A stretch of 64,000 bases of DNA, from assembly GCA_964270895.1 (NCBI GenBank), contig OZ185438.1; one strand, written 5' to 3'. This DNA is from Podarcis filfolensis. Taxonomy: Eukaryota. Position 1 is the first letter of the stretch, and every line of letters starts with the position of its first letter. Shown here one piece after another: positions 23,966 to 35,862 of this stretch. The position numbers and the translations under genes were made by a program. The notes beneath the pieces were generated by a model. The model ran no database searches, had not been told where the DNA came from, and saw only the letters and a list, made by a program, of their open reading frames with translations.

Positions 23966-24300
23966 TGTTATGTACTGAATTGAATAGGATCCAAAATGCA
24001 GCAGCCTGATTGGTCCTAGAACAATAGGATTCAGAATGCAGCAGTCTGATTGGTCCTAGAACAATAGGATCCAGAATGCAGCAGTCTGATTGGTCCACAG
24101 GAGCCACCCAATCCAACTCCAGGTGGAAGTGAATCCGCAACCTGATTGGCCTACAGGAGAATCCCGGAATTAGCCAATCACGTGGGGCCCGTTGTGTAAA
24201 TAATGTATATAAAGCAGACATTTCGGGGGAACTCCCATTCCTCACTACTATGAGCTGAATAAAGAGCATGAAATCCACACTCGACTCCGAGTATATTTCA
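23966..24300 (+). mobile_element. solo LTR of an LTR retrotransposon/ERV
   Basis: TG...CA termini and a 5-bp TSD GGGTC (23961-23965, 24301-24305). Three 40-bp tandem repeats from 23983, TATATAAA at 24206 and AATAAA at 24258. Confidence 0.9.
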
Positions 24301-24714
24301 GGGTCCTTCCACCATCTACCTGCCACTTACAGCGGGGTGCAATCCTTGGTCTCCAGTGGTGCCCCAGAAGGGAAGACACCAGGGAGGTAATTCCCTGCGG
24401 TGTATAGGGTGTGTCCCCTCCCACTCAGCACTGGTGCCAACTCCTTACTTTCTCCTCTTCCTCCCTCTTTCTCTCCAAGAGGAGACCTGCTAAAGCAAAG
24501 TGAGCTCAGGAGATGGTGTAGCAGCAGCAGCAGAACACACTGGAGCTGTCTCTGCTCTCTGTTTTGCTGCCTGGGGGAATGGATTTATGATAGGCAGAAA
24601 GGCATGCAGGGAGAATCAACTCTGCTGCACCTTCTTCCCCATGTAAATTGCATCTTCCTGTCTAGCCCATCCTGATTGCAATAAGGAGGAAGGGAGGACG
24701 GGGATGAATGGTTG

Positions 24715-25070
24715 AAGGAACTGGGTATGTTAGCCTGGAAAAGAGGAACCAAGAGGAGATGGTGATAGCCATCTTCAAATATATAAAGGGCCGTCGCATG
24801 GAAGATGGTGCAAGCTTGTTTTCTCCTGCTCTGGAGGGTAGGACTTGAACCAATGGCTTCAAGTTACAAGAAAAGAGATTCTGATTAAACATCAGGAAGA
24901 ACTTTCTGACAGTAAGAGCTGTTCAACAGTGGTGGACTCTCCTTCCTTGGAGGCTTTTAAGCAGAGGATGGATGGCCATCTGTCATGGACACTTTATTTG
25001 GGATTCGTGCATTGCAGGGCGTTGGACTAGATGACTTCAGGGTCCCTTCCAACTCTACAATTCTATGATT
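24715..25070 (+). mobile_element. 5'-truncated CR1 LINE 3' end
   Basis: ORF2 end (atagccatcttcaaatat...ccaatggcttcaagttacaagaaaag), a typical 3' UTR and the tail ccttccaactctacaattctatgatt. Shorter CR1 ends at ~6355-6440 (-), 22810-22880 (-), 27880-27945, 45415-45470 (-) and 52230-52350. Confidence 0.88.
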
Positions 25071-25179
25071 AACTGCTACGCTGGTCTGCCCAGGAGTGGG
25101 TGGCTTTATTTACCTCCATATGCCCTAGGCAAGTAAGGAGTAAACCAATTAAACTTTAAGTCATTCAAAGGAAGCTTCT

Positions 25180-25350
25180 TATTGTTGGCATCTGTCTGTC
25201 TCAAGAGACAATGGCATGCACCTCTGGGTGTGTCAAGCAGGTGGTTTCTACACATGCCACAGCGGGAAATGAGGGGTGGATGGGGCTCATCAGCACGGGA
25301 AAGTTGCCCATCTAGGAGAAAGAAAACTCAGATCCTAAAACCAAAGGAAG
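25180..25350 (+). mobile_element. dispersed repeat, probably RTE-clade LINE 5' region
   Basis: Shares aggtggtttct.cacat...gtg.gggg..gatggggctc.tca.c..gggaa.gt.gcccat with 58085-58198. The clade assignment is from memory. Confidence 0.45.
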
Positions 25351-25656
25351 CTACTTGCATATATTTTTTAAGTGTGCTGATCCTCCTGCAAGCAATCAGC
25401 AGCATTCAGCAACCCCAAGAGCAAAGAATAGTCTGAAGGAACATTAGACAGTTTTTCTGCTGAAGCTACATATCTTCGTTACTGGGATGGGAGCCTGCTT
25501 GGAAATCACACAGCTGAGTAACCTGAATGCAAGGTGAAACATGAGTGCAATTCAGCAAACTGGCTTTAACAAACGGGGACTGAAACTGATCCAACTTTCT
25601 GCAGTGGCTACCAGCTTCTGGAAAAGTTCAACCATTATTGGAAATAAAGAGAGATG

Positions 25657-26282
25657 CAGAAGGAACATTTTATCATCTGTGGTGGGAATGTAAGAAAGTA
25701 AAAAACTTCTGGGAAATGATATATAATGAGATGAAAAAGATGTTGAAATATACATTTTTAAAAAAACCAGAAGCATTTTACTTGGTATTATAGGTATTAT
25801 ATTAATAGGCAAGATGTTAAATTGTTTTTATATGCAACAACAGCGGCAAGACTATTGTTAGCCCAGAAATGGAAGCAAGAAGAGATTCCGACAAAAGAAG
25901 AATGGCAGACAAAATTAATGGACTACGCAGAATTAGATAAAATGACAGGAAGGATTCGAAACCTGCAGGACCAGCGATTCACAGAAGATTGGAAGAACTA
26001 TACGATTTATTTGAAGAGCAACTGTAATCAACAAATTACACTACTAGGACTACAAGAAGTTTTGTAAGGAGAAATATATGAAATATTGCAAAGTAGAGAA
26101 AGAATAGAGATATTAGTTTTGAGAGTTAAATGTAATAGTGGAAGTAAGAAATGTATATTAAGTGAATAGATTGGAAAATTTTCAGATGTGATTGATGGAA
26201 GTAAAAAAAATGGTTTAAGAAATGAAAGTATGTTTAATTAAAATGATATGTTGAAAAATTAATAAAAAATAATATTAAAAAA
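25657..26282 (+). mobile_element. 5'-truncated L1-clade LINE insertion
   Basis: Encodes EGTFYHLWWECKKVKNFWEMIYNEMKK...LFLYATTAARLLLAQKWKQEEIPTKEEWQTKLMDY (ORF2 C-terminal Cys/His region). A-rich tail and a perfect 17-bp TSD GGAAATAAAGAGAGATG (25640-25656, 26283-26299). Confidence 0.9.
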
Positions 26283-26913
26283 GGAAATAAAGAGAGATGT
26301 ACTCTCTCTCCATCTGCTTATGACATCATTTTAAGCCCAGCCCCCATCATAATTTTCTCAAAGCAAACAATACCCACTTCCTTAAAATTTTGTTTTTATA
26401 TTCTGAAGGCTAAAGAAGGTTATATAGTTCCACCCCAATAGGGAACCTAGGATCTAGGTCCTAAGTAGAATGAAATGAGGGCGATAAACAGTTTGTGCCC
26501 CTCTCAGGATTTGTGCTTCGGTACTTCTGGGAAGCTGGTTCTCGTGGTGCAACACCCTGCTCTTACAGAACACTTCACAGGCAGCAGTGCTACTGGGTCT
26601 TAGTGCTTTGATTTTAGCATTTTCGCTGTAACCGAGGGGTTTAACAGATGGTTCCTGTCTAAACTGATTAGGGACGGTTAGCCCAAGAGAGTTACAGCTG
26701 GAGGGCGAGCTTAAATTTAATCAAAAGTGGTCAGTTTTGAGAGACGGCAAACCTCTCCCATAGGGGATAGAGCAATGAGAACAGGCATGGAAAGTAAAAA
26801 TCTGCACCAGCACGATAGAGAGAGACTGCGTGAAGCGTTTTGGTGGAAAATGTCAATCATCCCCAAAGAATGAAGTTGCAGCATGGGATATGGTGCAGCG
26901 GGCAATGGAACGG

Positions 26914-27200
26914 AAGGGCCATAGCTCAGCAGGAGAGCACATTCTGGGAAGGCAGGAGGTCCCAGGTCCCTGGTGTTCCTCAGGCAGGGCTGGGAAAGAC
27001 CCCAGCCAGAGACCTGCTTCCAGTCCATGTAGACCACTGTTTCCCAAACTTGGGTCTCCAGCTGTTTTTGGACTACAGTTCCCATCATCCCTGACCACTG
27101 GTCTTGCTAGCTTGGGATGATGGGAGTTGTAGTCCAAGAACAGCTGGGAGACCCAAGTTTGGAAACACTGATGTAGACAATAGTGAACAAGGTAGACCAA
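26914..27200 (+). mobile_element. SINE with tRNA-Ala-like head, split by a hAT MITE
   Basis: gggccatagctcagcaggagagcac...ggtcccaggtccctgg...tgtagac[MITE]aatagtga. Related copies at 44690-44878 (+) and 53262-53458 (-). Confidence 0.7.
27035..27170. mobile_element. palindromic hAT MITE
   Basis: Near-perfect whole-element inverted repeat (CACTGTTTCCCAAACTTGGGTCTC...GAGACCCAAGTTTGGAAACACTG) with a perfect 8-bp TSD ATGTAGAC. Confidence 0.93.
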
Positions 27201-27204
27201 TAGT

Positions 27205-27600
27205 CTATAATAATAATAATAGTGGTAGTAGTAGTAGAATATTCTATAGTAGTAGTTTATACCCTACCCATCTGGCTGGGTTTCCCCAGCCACTCTGGGC
27301 GGCTCCCAACCAAATATTAAAAACACAATACAGCATTAAACATTAAAAACTTCCCTAAACAGGGCGGTCTTCAGATGTCTTTTAAAAGTAAGATACGGTA
27401 GTTGCTTATTTCCTTGACATCTGATGGGAGGGGGTTCCACAGGGTGGGTGCCACTACCGAGAAGGCCCTCTGCCAGGTTCCCTGCAACCTCACTTCTCAC
27501 AGTGAGAGAACCACCAGAAGGCCCTTGGTGCTGGACCTCAGTGTCCGGGCTGAACGGTGGGGGTGGAGACGCTCCCTCAGGTATACAGGACCAAGGTATA
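27205..27600 (-). mobile_element. L2-type LINE 3' end
   Basis: (AAT)n tail plus ttatacc.cccatctggctgggtttccccagccactctgggcggc...cttccctaaacaggg..ttcagatgtc. Same family at 50206-50372 (-). Confidence 0.8.
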
Positions 27601-28306
27601 CAGGACTTGGTATAAGGCTACCTAGGTTACTAAACATTCACAGAAACATTTCTATAATGCTTTGGAGTTTTTAAAGCTGGGGTGGAAACCCCACAGGCCA
27701 TGAGACAGCTAAAGCTTGCCCACTAGCCTCCATCTTTCTTCCCATTACAGCACTGGACTGGAAGGAGAGGTTCCTCTCTTCTCAGAGCAGCACTGTGATG
27801 GGGGAGGAAATGGCTGCATCTTCTCTTTAGGGCGTGGAAAGGGTGGTTTTCAACTGGGTGGGGGACTGCCTGTTGAGATTCCCACATTGCAGGGGGGGTT
27901 GGACTGGGGTCCTTTCCAGTTCCACAATTCTATGATTCTATGACTTAGACAACAATTATGCTTACCATAGCTCCAGCCTCAGACTAGAGATTTGAACCTC
28001 TCCACCAAGCCTCGCACTGTGATCGCCACATCATGTTACTGGACTGAGAGGAGGAGAAGTGTGAACTATGGGGGGTGAATTCGGGGTGTGTTTGTGGGCC
28101 TGCATGCATGTGGTCTGCATACATGAGGAATGCATGTGCTATATTTACACGTGTGTGGTTTATGTGACATGTGTTGTCTGTGTGTATACTGAGTGCTGTG
28201 TGTGTGCACATGGGAGCAGGTGAGTGTTTGGTGACCGATATGGCCCATAATCTCTGCTGGCACATGGCGCTTGGCCTGAGACTTGGCCAACCTTGAATGC
28301 CACCCT

Positions 28307-28718
28307 CATACCCTCCAAGATTCCTCCCATGAAAATAGGGACGTCCTATTCCATAATAATAATGATTTTATTATTTATACCCCGCCTATCTGATTGGGTT
28401 GTCCCAGCCACTCTAGGTGGCTTCCAAGGTATATAAAAACATAATTAAACATTAAACATTTTTTAAAACTTCCCTATACAGGGCTGCCTTCAGATGTCTT
28501 CTAAAAGTTGTACAGTTACTTATCTCCTTAGCTTGAGTTGCATAACTCCATACCCTCCAATGAAAAGAGGAATGTCCTACCACACCATCCAACATTTCTC
28601 CGATGAAAACAGAGATGTTCTAAGGAAAAGTGGGACATTCTGGGATCAAATCAGAAACTGGGACAGGTTCTGTAAATCTGGGACTGTCCCTGGAAAATAG
28701 GGTCCCTTGGAGGGTCTG
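28307..28718. mobile_element. composite MITE (TIR CATACCCTCCAA / TTGGAGGGTCTG) containing an L2-type 3' end
   Basis: Terminal inverted repeats are visible. The internal L2 tail at ~28360-28550 has the same junction context as the copy at 19208-19913. Confidence 0.7.
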
Positions 28719-28869
28719 CAACCTTAGGCTGAAAAAGGTTAGCCACCCCTGGCTTCACATGGTTTTAGTCATCCTGGCAGCAGCCTTGGAAGGTAGCACG
28801 GTGTATTGCAGAGGAGAAAAGCCCCGCAGGTTGAAACCAAAGGCCTATCTAAAACAGGATCCCGTTTCT

Positions 28870-29637
28870 CACAGTGGCCAATTGGATGCCTTTGCTGTTG
28901 CTTGAGGCTCAGGTGGCTTCAGTGGCCTGGAGTGCCTTCCGTCAGCTACGGTTGGTGGCCCAGCTATGCCCATATCTGGACAGGGATAGCCTAACTACTG
29001 TTGTCTATGCTCTGGTAACCTCAAGGTTAGATTACTGCAATGCTTTATACGTGAGGCAGCCTTTAAAGACAGTTCAGAAACTTCAGCTGGTGCAGAATTC
29101 AACAGCCAGGTTGCTAACTGGAGCAAGACGGTTTGAGCATATTACACCGATCCTGGTCAGACTGCATTGGCTACCAATTAGTTTCCAGGCCCAGTTCAAA
29201 GTGCTGGTTTTGACCTATAAAGCCTTAAACGGCTCAGGACCATAATACCTCAAGGACTGCCTCTTTCCATATGAACCTACTCAGACCCTGAGATCATCTT
29301 TTGAGGCCCTTCTTTGTGTGCCTCCTCCTCAAGAGGTCTGCCAGGTGGCAACACGAGAATTGGCCTTTTCTGCAGTGGCTCCTTGTCTGTGGAATGCTCT
29401 CCCCAGGGAAGATCGCCTGGGGCCTTCACAAAAGGCACCAGGCAAAAATATTCCTTTTTAACCAGGCCTTTGCCTGACCTGATCTACATCCTATACCCTT
29501 TTAAACATGCTAGCACTTTTTAGGAGGGGTTCTTTTGGGTTCTCGTTTGTATTTTGATTTTATGTATGTTAGCCTTTATGTGAACTGCCCTGAGACCTTT
29601 GGGTATAGAGCTGTATAGAAATAAAATAAATAATAAT
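28870..29637 (+). mobile_element. L2 LINE 3' fragment (ORF2 C-terminus)
   Basis: Peptide TVVYALVTSRLDYCNALY...KLQLVQNSTARLLTG.RRFEHITPILVRLHWLPI...FKVLVLTYKALNG is the typical L2/CR1-clade post-RT region. Ends in an (aaat) tail. Confidence 0.93.
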
Positions 29638-31299
29638 GCCTTTGGGAAGTCCGGAGACAGGGCATGAGGTCCATAGCCCCCTCCTGCTGCTGTTCCCAGG
29701 CAACTGGTACTTGGTGGAATGGTGCCTCCGACTGTTCCTGGCCGTAATATGATCCGATGGGGGCTGAGCCTGCAAGAGGCAGCTTGCCTAAGGCGACTTA
29801 GTGAGTTCATGGCTGAGGTAACATTTCACAGGGATTTCACAGCTCACTCTCTTTAAGCGTTGTGAATCCCACTCCATCCTCAAATATAGCAAATTGCTAG
29901 ATATGTGGAGATGAAAGTTATTTTAAAATGCTTTGCGTGGATTTTCAGCTATTAGAACAAGCCTCCGGTGTCCCTGGTTTGCAATATGAAGTACTGGAAA
30001 GGCTCATTCAAAGGCAGGAACAAGCAGCAGGCACCCAGCCCTGCACAAATTGCCCACGCTGGTCCTGCCGTTCTCTTCATCAATTAAGCAGGCAGGGAAC
30101 GGATTCAGACTGAAGTCCTCTCTGCGTTTGGCCTGTGGGGGGCTATATGTGCTGCATGGGTGCAGCTGCTCCCAAATGAGCATCGTGAGGGTGTGCCCTA
30201 TATTTAAGCTTGTCGCTGCTCCCCCTCCCACCCCATAGTATTAATTAATCTGCAATTATTATTATTGCCAGAAGATGGCAGTAATAAAATACAACTTCTA
30301 AGCCCCCCCCCCCCCCGGCCAAGCTGTAAGTGGCTTTTCTCTAAGACAGTGTCTGTGTTTTAAACTACTGTTTTGTGCAGATCTTGTTAAACTGCAAGAC
30401 AATTATAGAGGCCAGTTATCATCTGTTTCTAGAGGGTTACCTGGGTCTGTTGCAGCAAAAGCAATGAAGAATCTTTGTTGACTTACAAATTAGCCCCCTT
30501 AAAGACTAACAAGTTGTTGTTTTTAAGGGCATAGGCTTTTGTGAGTTATAGTCAATTTTGTAAACTGCATGAAATGTTATCCTGTGTGACACAGATGCAC
30601 ACACAGTTTTGTAGTGTTTTTGTTTGTTTGTTTTAAGATACTGGTATCTAATTTCCAACCAGTGCACATGTGATTTCCATTCCCACCGAAGGGCATCATA
30701 TCTTTATACAGTAGAGTAAACATGAGAAACTCCGAATAAATGTTGTGCTCTATCCATTATTGGGATCATTTTAGAAGGAAAGCATTCTGACATTTCCCAA
30801 TATCTCTCAAAGCCAACCCAGCTAAGTCTGGCAAACAATCTAATGTTAGGCTCATTGCTATAATGTATAGGTTTATGAAGATACATTGGGCAATGTCCGG
30901 AACAAGACTAATGATGCTGACATTTCTGACACTAATTAAAAGCATGGACCCGGTATACCAGCTTCACTCTAATGTCCAGTGGTAAGTAGCATCCCTGGTT
31001 TTGCCATATGAGCCAACTCCTAGAGGCTGAGGTCCCTTTGCCCCACCTTAAAATATTTGAGGGGACTGCCCGCCATAAGCTGATGGGCATTGTCATTCAA
31101 ATGGTTTGTGTGCTGTGTCTTGTGTTCGCTTATGTGGGTGGGGCTTACCTCCCCCCCCCCAATTTTTTATTCAAATTGGCACCCCTGCATTAGGGCCAGA
31201 CTATGAGATCTATGTTTGGGACCTCGGAGCCTAAGATACTCCTAAACAATGCTGAGGGGCAGTGACAGTGGTGGCTGCAAACTGCCTCAGCATAACATG

Positions 31300-31850
31300 T
31301 GTCAAGTTTAGCACTTCTCCCACACAAGACACGGAACGCTGGCAGTTTAAGTAGCTGATGTTAAGTTGTGGGTGAACATATCAGACGACACAGCGATTCT
31401 TCAAACAGCTCTTGTAGAGGCCAGAACAGAACTGAACTGAAGGGTTCAGCCAGCCTGCTTATATTGAGCTCCACTACAACGCAACTGTAACAATTTTCTG
31501 TAACTATCCAATCACTGAACGTCACTTTCAATCCCTTATTTGCATATGTGGACCTGAGTGAAAACTATCTAGTTTCCCCCTGCTGGCCCAGGGTGAGAAC
31601 TTCAGTACATAACAGCTGAGGTTTATTTCTCAGTAACAGGTTTACAGCAGTCCAAGCTTCCACAACTCATCCTTCCCCATCAGAGTCAGTTGACTTGACT
31701 GGCTTCTGACCCCTCCCAAGGCCAGATATCCCCTGCCTCCTGCTGGCCCGCCTCTGCTCTAATCACTTGCTCCAGCTCCTACTTCTTGGCGACTCAGGTG
31801 CAGCCAATTCCTCCTCTGGAGAGTCCTCTCTGCTGGGCATGACCCTGACA
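31300..31850 (-). mobile_element. solo LTR (host) interrupted by a second solo LTR
   Basis: Minus strand reads TGTCAGGGTCATGCCC...GCTAAACTTGACA. 5-bp TSD ACATG (31295-31299, 31851-31855). AATAAA lies just before the nested insert. Confidence 0.82.
31359..31614 (-). mobile_element. solo LTR nested in another LTR
   Basis: Minus strand reads TGTTATGTACTGAA...CAACTTAACA. 5-bp TSD GCTGA (31354-31358, 31615-31619). Octamer ATGCAAAT (31538-31545), CCAAT and a TATA-like AATATAAG. Confidence 0.88.
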
Positions 31851-34800
31851 ACATGCAAAGAAGCAAAGCGCTGTGCTAGCCTTCACTCCCACAATGCGTC
31901 AAGAGTGGCAGCTGTTAATCTGGTATCAGTCAAGGCTGCAGCAGTCAAGGCTTCTGCAGGCCTAGAAATGTCCAGATTAAAAGCAGTGAGCTCAGACAAG
32001 CAATTGTCAAACAAGCAATTCAGGGAGATGCTGGAACAGCGAAGAGGAAGGGCTACCTCCCTCAGCCTTTTGCAATCCCAGAAGTGCCATCTGATTGGAT
32101 GAGCTTGCTGCCATTCACTGCTTTGGGGAAATGGTTGGAATTAACCAGTGCTGGCTCAAAAGTACTCTGTCATTAAGCAAGTGGTCCTACGATATTTGTT
32201 GTCTCACATTCCTTGGTGCTGGGAATAGGATGTGCCATCTGCTTTGGCTGTTTTGCGTGCAAAGTAGCTGTCATTTGACATGTGATGGACAGCGAATGGC
32301 ATCCTGTGGAGAAGGAGACCACCTACATGAGAGACGGTTTCCCTTGCTAAAATACTGAAGTGGGCAACCTTTTCTCAACACTTAGTAATCCTGTCAAGAA
32401 GTCCAGTTACATCAGGTGTCTCTTTATTTGTTTTGCAATGATTGTTGTATACAAGTATACAGTATACAAGTAAGGATTTAAAACTTTAGTTACAACAATA
32501 AAACATAAACTGGAAATCTAAAACAGAACCAGACCAGAAACAGAGTGAAACCAGCATCAGGGAATGGTCCATCAGTACAAATGATCTAAACACACACACT
32601 GAAAGTCTAGGAAAATACAAAGGTCTTCACTCGGCACTGAAAAGACCACAGTGTTGGCATAAGGTAAGCCTTCCACAAGCAAGGTGCCACCACTGAGAAG
32701 TCCTCCACTAGCCACCCTTCACCCCTCATTTGGTGGTGGGAACTGAAAACGGCCTCAGAAGATGATCTCTTAAGGTCCAGGTAGGCATACGTGAAAGTGT
32801 CAAAGTCACAGAGCCTCTTTCAGGAAATGCTGGTAGCGACCCTATCCAAAAGTCCAGGGGAGGGGTTTGGTAGTAAGAAAGCAGAAGTAGATGTATTTTA
32901 TATTATAAAGATTCTGGCCACAGTCCAACAATTAGGTGCCCTTAAATCATAGCTTAAGTGCTACTAACTCTAAGCTTAGCTTCTGTTCAAGGAACTCACA
33001 ATAGCTCAGCTCCTAAAATCTCCATGTGCTTTGAATTAAGAGCTCATCTGGAGTTTACAAAAACATGATGAATCATTCAGACTTAAAATAAAAAAAATAA
33101 ATTAAAAAATAAACACATTTTGATCATAAGATTTTCTTGCTAGCAGCTGTTTGGTTTGGTTTTTTATTTTTTCCTGCCAGACTTTCATCTCCTGGGCACA
33201 AAACATATATTATGGTAACAAGCCTGACATCTTTTGGATGAAAGCTGTATCAGAGTTGATGGGTTGGGTACTGGGGGGGGGGGGAAGCTCATTTCCCATA
33301 TTCTCCTACAGTTAATATACTATTTTTGTTCTTTTAGATCATGTTTGACCTGCCTATTTCATGGCATGAGCTGCATTTGAGCAGGGACAAGGTGGGGCAT
33401 GCAAGAGATCAGTCTCAGTAATCACAATTTGAATCACTGTGCTCAACATCAGGTAAAGCAACAAGCTCTTCCCATGCAGCACCAAAGCAACACACACCCT
33501 GGATGTATTGCAGTATCCAATGAAGCCTTTTACAGGACCAGCTCTATCATTAGACAAAGAAAGGTGGCTGACTCGGGCGGCAAGTAGAGAGGGTGCAGCA
33601 GCAGTGGCTGTTCTGCTGAGCCCCCTGCGTAAGTCCCATCCTTCTGGGGGCGGGGGTGCCCCAGTGGTACTTGCTTGTTACTGGCCAGAGGCAGTGGCTG
33701 TCTGTACTTGCTAGCTGCCTTCTTCCAAAGAATCACAGATAGTGACATTGGAAATGGCCCCTAAATGAGTGGCATGCCAGAAATACAGCCAGCCCAGGCC
33801 ACGTACTTGAGGAGGCATTTATTGCATTTCTCAGCTCACATGATACGTGCTGTCACCCCCTCTGCAGCATTGCAGCATCTGTTTCAGTGGTGCTGAGACA
33901 TGTGGTGTTGGGCAAGGGGTGGTAATGTGTTGGGTGACGGAGTGTCATCCACTTGGCCTGGCCTGCATTTATGTGCAATGGAAGACACCATCTCATTGCT
34001 CTGAAATTCAGCTGTCAGTTCAGTTGACTCCTGCTCAGAACAAGGAATGGGGAATTAAAATAATAATAAAAATAAAAATAACAAGCATCCTCTTAAGATC
34101 TCCCAGAATCATCCAGCTCCCGTCATCACGAAGATGTGAACTTGCTAAATTCAATGTAGATTTGTTTTGTGTTCCACGATTTGTTAAATGGTCTAGGTCA
34201 TTCATGTCCTGGGAAAAGCGAGAATAAAAGACCAATAGAAAGAGTCCCACAAATGTAATCAAACTGGTGAAATGTCCGTGTAAGGCCAAAATTACTCCAC
34301 CCGCGTAGCACGACCATCAGACCCTGCCAAAGGGGTGACATTGACAGCATTGTATAATTTGGTGGGTGGTGTCAGCTAGGTCCAGGTTACCCCAGTGCAC
34401 AACAAATTTCATTAACTTGTCAAAATACTCCAGCCCAAAATGCTTGTGGGCCAGCATAGAGAATTAGGGCATGAAAGACAGCTTATGTGGGAAGTCACAG
34501 ACAATGAAAAGAAAGGGTGCTATGCTTGAGGCCATTCTCATTCATCAGAGTCTTGTCAGTCTGGTTAGGACTGCTGAATAGATGTGTCTAATCACATTTT
34601 GTTTAACCAGGCTAGAAAAACAAAGGTTATGAGGGCGTCCTCTGATTTTTCCATAAGGCAAATGGAGGTTAGGGAGCAACAAATGTGGCTGCTGTTCTTT
34701 TCCTTTGCTTTTTCTGCAAATTTTGTCACGCTACCTACCACCTGTGCGTACTTCATTGCTACTTTTATTTCTAGCACATCTCAGAACACATAGGCTTGGA

Positions 34801-35636
34801 TCCTAACTAGGCAGCTATGAATGGCAGGACTCCTTCCTTTAATGGCTGGGAACAAGATGCAGAAGAGGATCCCACTAGCAGAAGGCAGGGGAGAGGTAAT
34901 TTTTGCTAATATCCATTGCTAACCCTCAAGCTGGTCTACTGGATATCCCTGATGGGCGGGGTATAAATAATAAAGTTGTTGTTGTTGTTTTCTGCTTGGC
35001 ACAAGAATAAATCAGTAAACGTCCCCTTCTCCCCTTCTGCTGATGGGAACACTCCATGAGTGGAGCTTTGCTCATGGGACTCTTCTTCCATCAGAAGCCT
35101 AGTTAAGAGCCAAACCACATTGTTTACCTGATGTATGTGTTAGAAAAACTGCATTCTCAGAAATATTGTCAGTGTGGCACGGCAGTATGACTTCCAGTAT
35201 TTGGAATGAGTTAGTTCAGGGTGGTATTATGAGCAATTTCAAGTTCATCTTCTAGTTCTCTTGCATTTTATGCTGTAGATTCTTGGACCTTTCAGGCTTA
35301 AAGTGATCATTGTTGGAAAGTAAATCAGACACGTTGCATTCCATTCTCTGTGTATGTTTTGAGGTCTTCTTGATATACAGTAATCTATACTCCATCACAG
35401 CGGCATGTAACCGTCTGAATGCTGAGGATCATTTGGATGAACTTGAATTGAACTGTGACTTGAACGTGAATCAAATGAGTTCATTTTGTAAAGAAACAAA
35501 TGTGAACTGGAATTAGTTCCTTTTTGGATGCATGCTGAACTAGAACTAGTTCCTTTTTAACTTTCCAAGCCATGGGGTCTACGGACCTACCCTCATCTTA
35601 TTCCATCTGCTCAAACAGTGATTGTAAGCATACATA

Positions 35637-35862
35637 CAGTGGTACCTCGGGTTACATACGCTTCAGGTTACAGACTCCGCTAACCCAGAAATAGTACCTC
35701 AGGTTAAGAACTTTGCTTCAGGATGAGAACAGAAATCACGCAGTGGCGGCACGGCAGCAGCAGGAGGCCCCATTAGCTAAAGTAGTACTTCAGGTTAAGA
35801 ACAGTTTCAGGTTAAGAACGGACCTCCGGAACGAATTAAGCACTTAACCTGAGGTACCACTG
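35637..35862. mobile_element. Tc1/mariner-superfamily MITE
   Basis: Same TIRs and TA TSD as the copy at 18208. Confidence 0.92.

Noticed and set aside
23983-24100. Regular 40-bp repeats resembling a CRISPR array
   Set aside because: They are head-to-tail tandem repeats without unique spacers, inside a eukaryotic LTR.
28874-29245. 123-aa ORF as a host gene
   Set aside because: It is the L2 ORF2 C-terminus.
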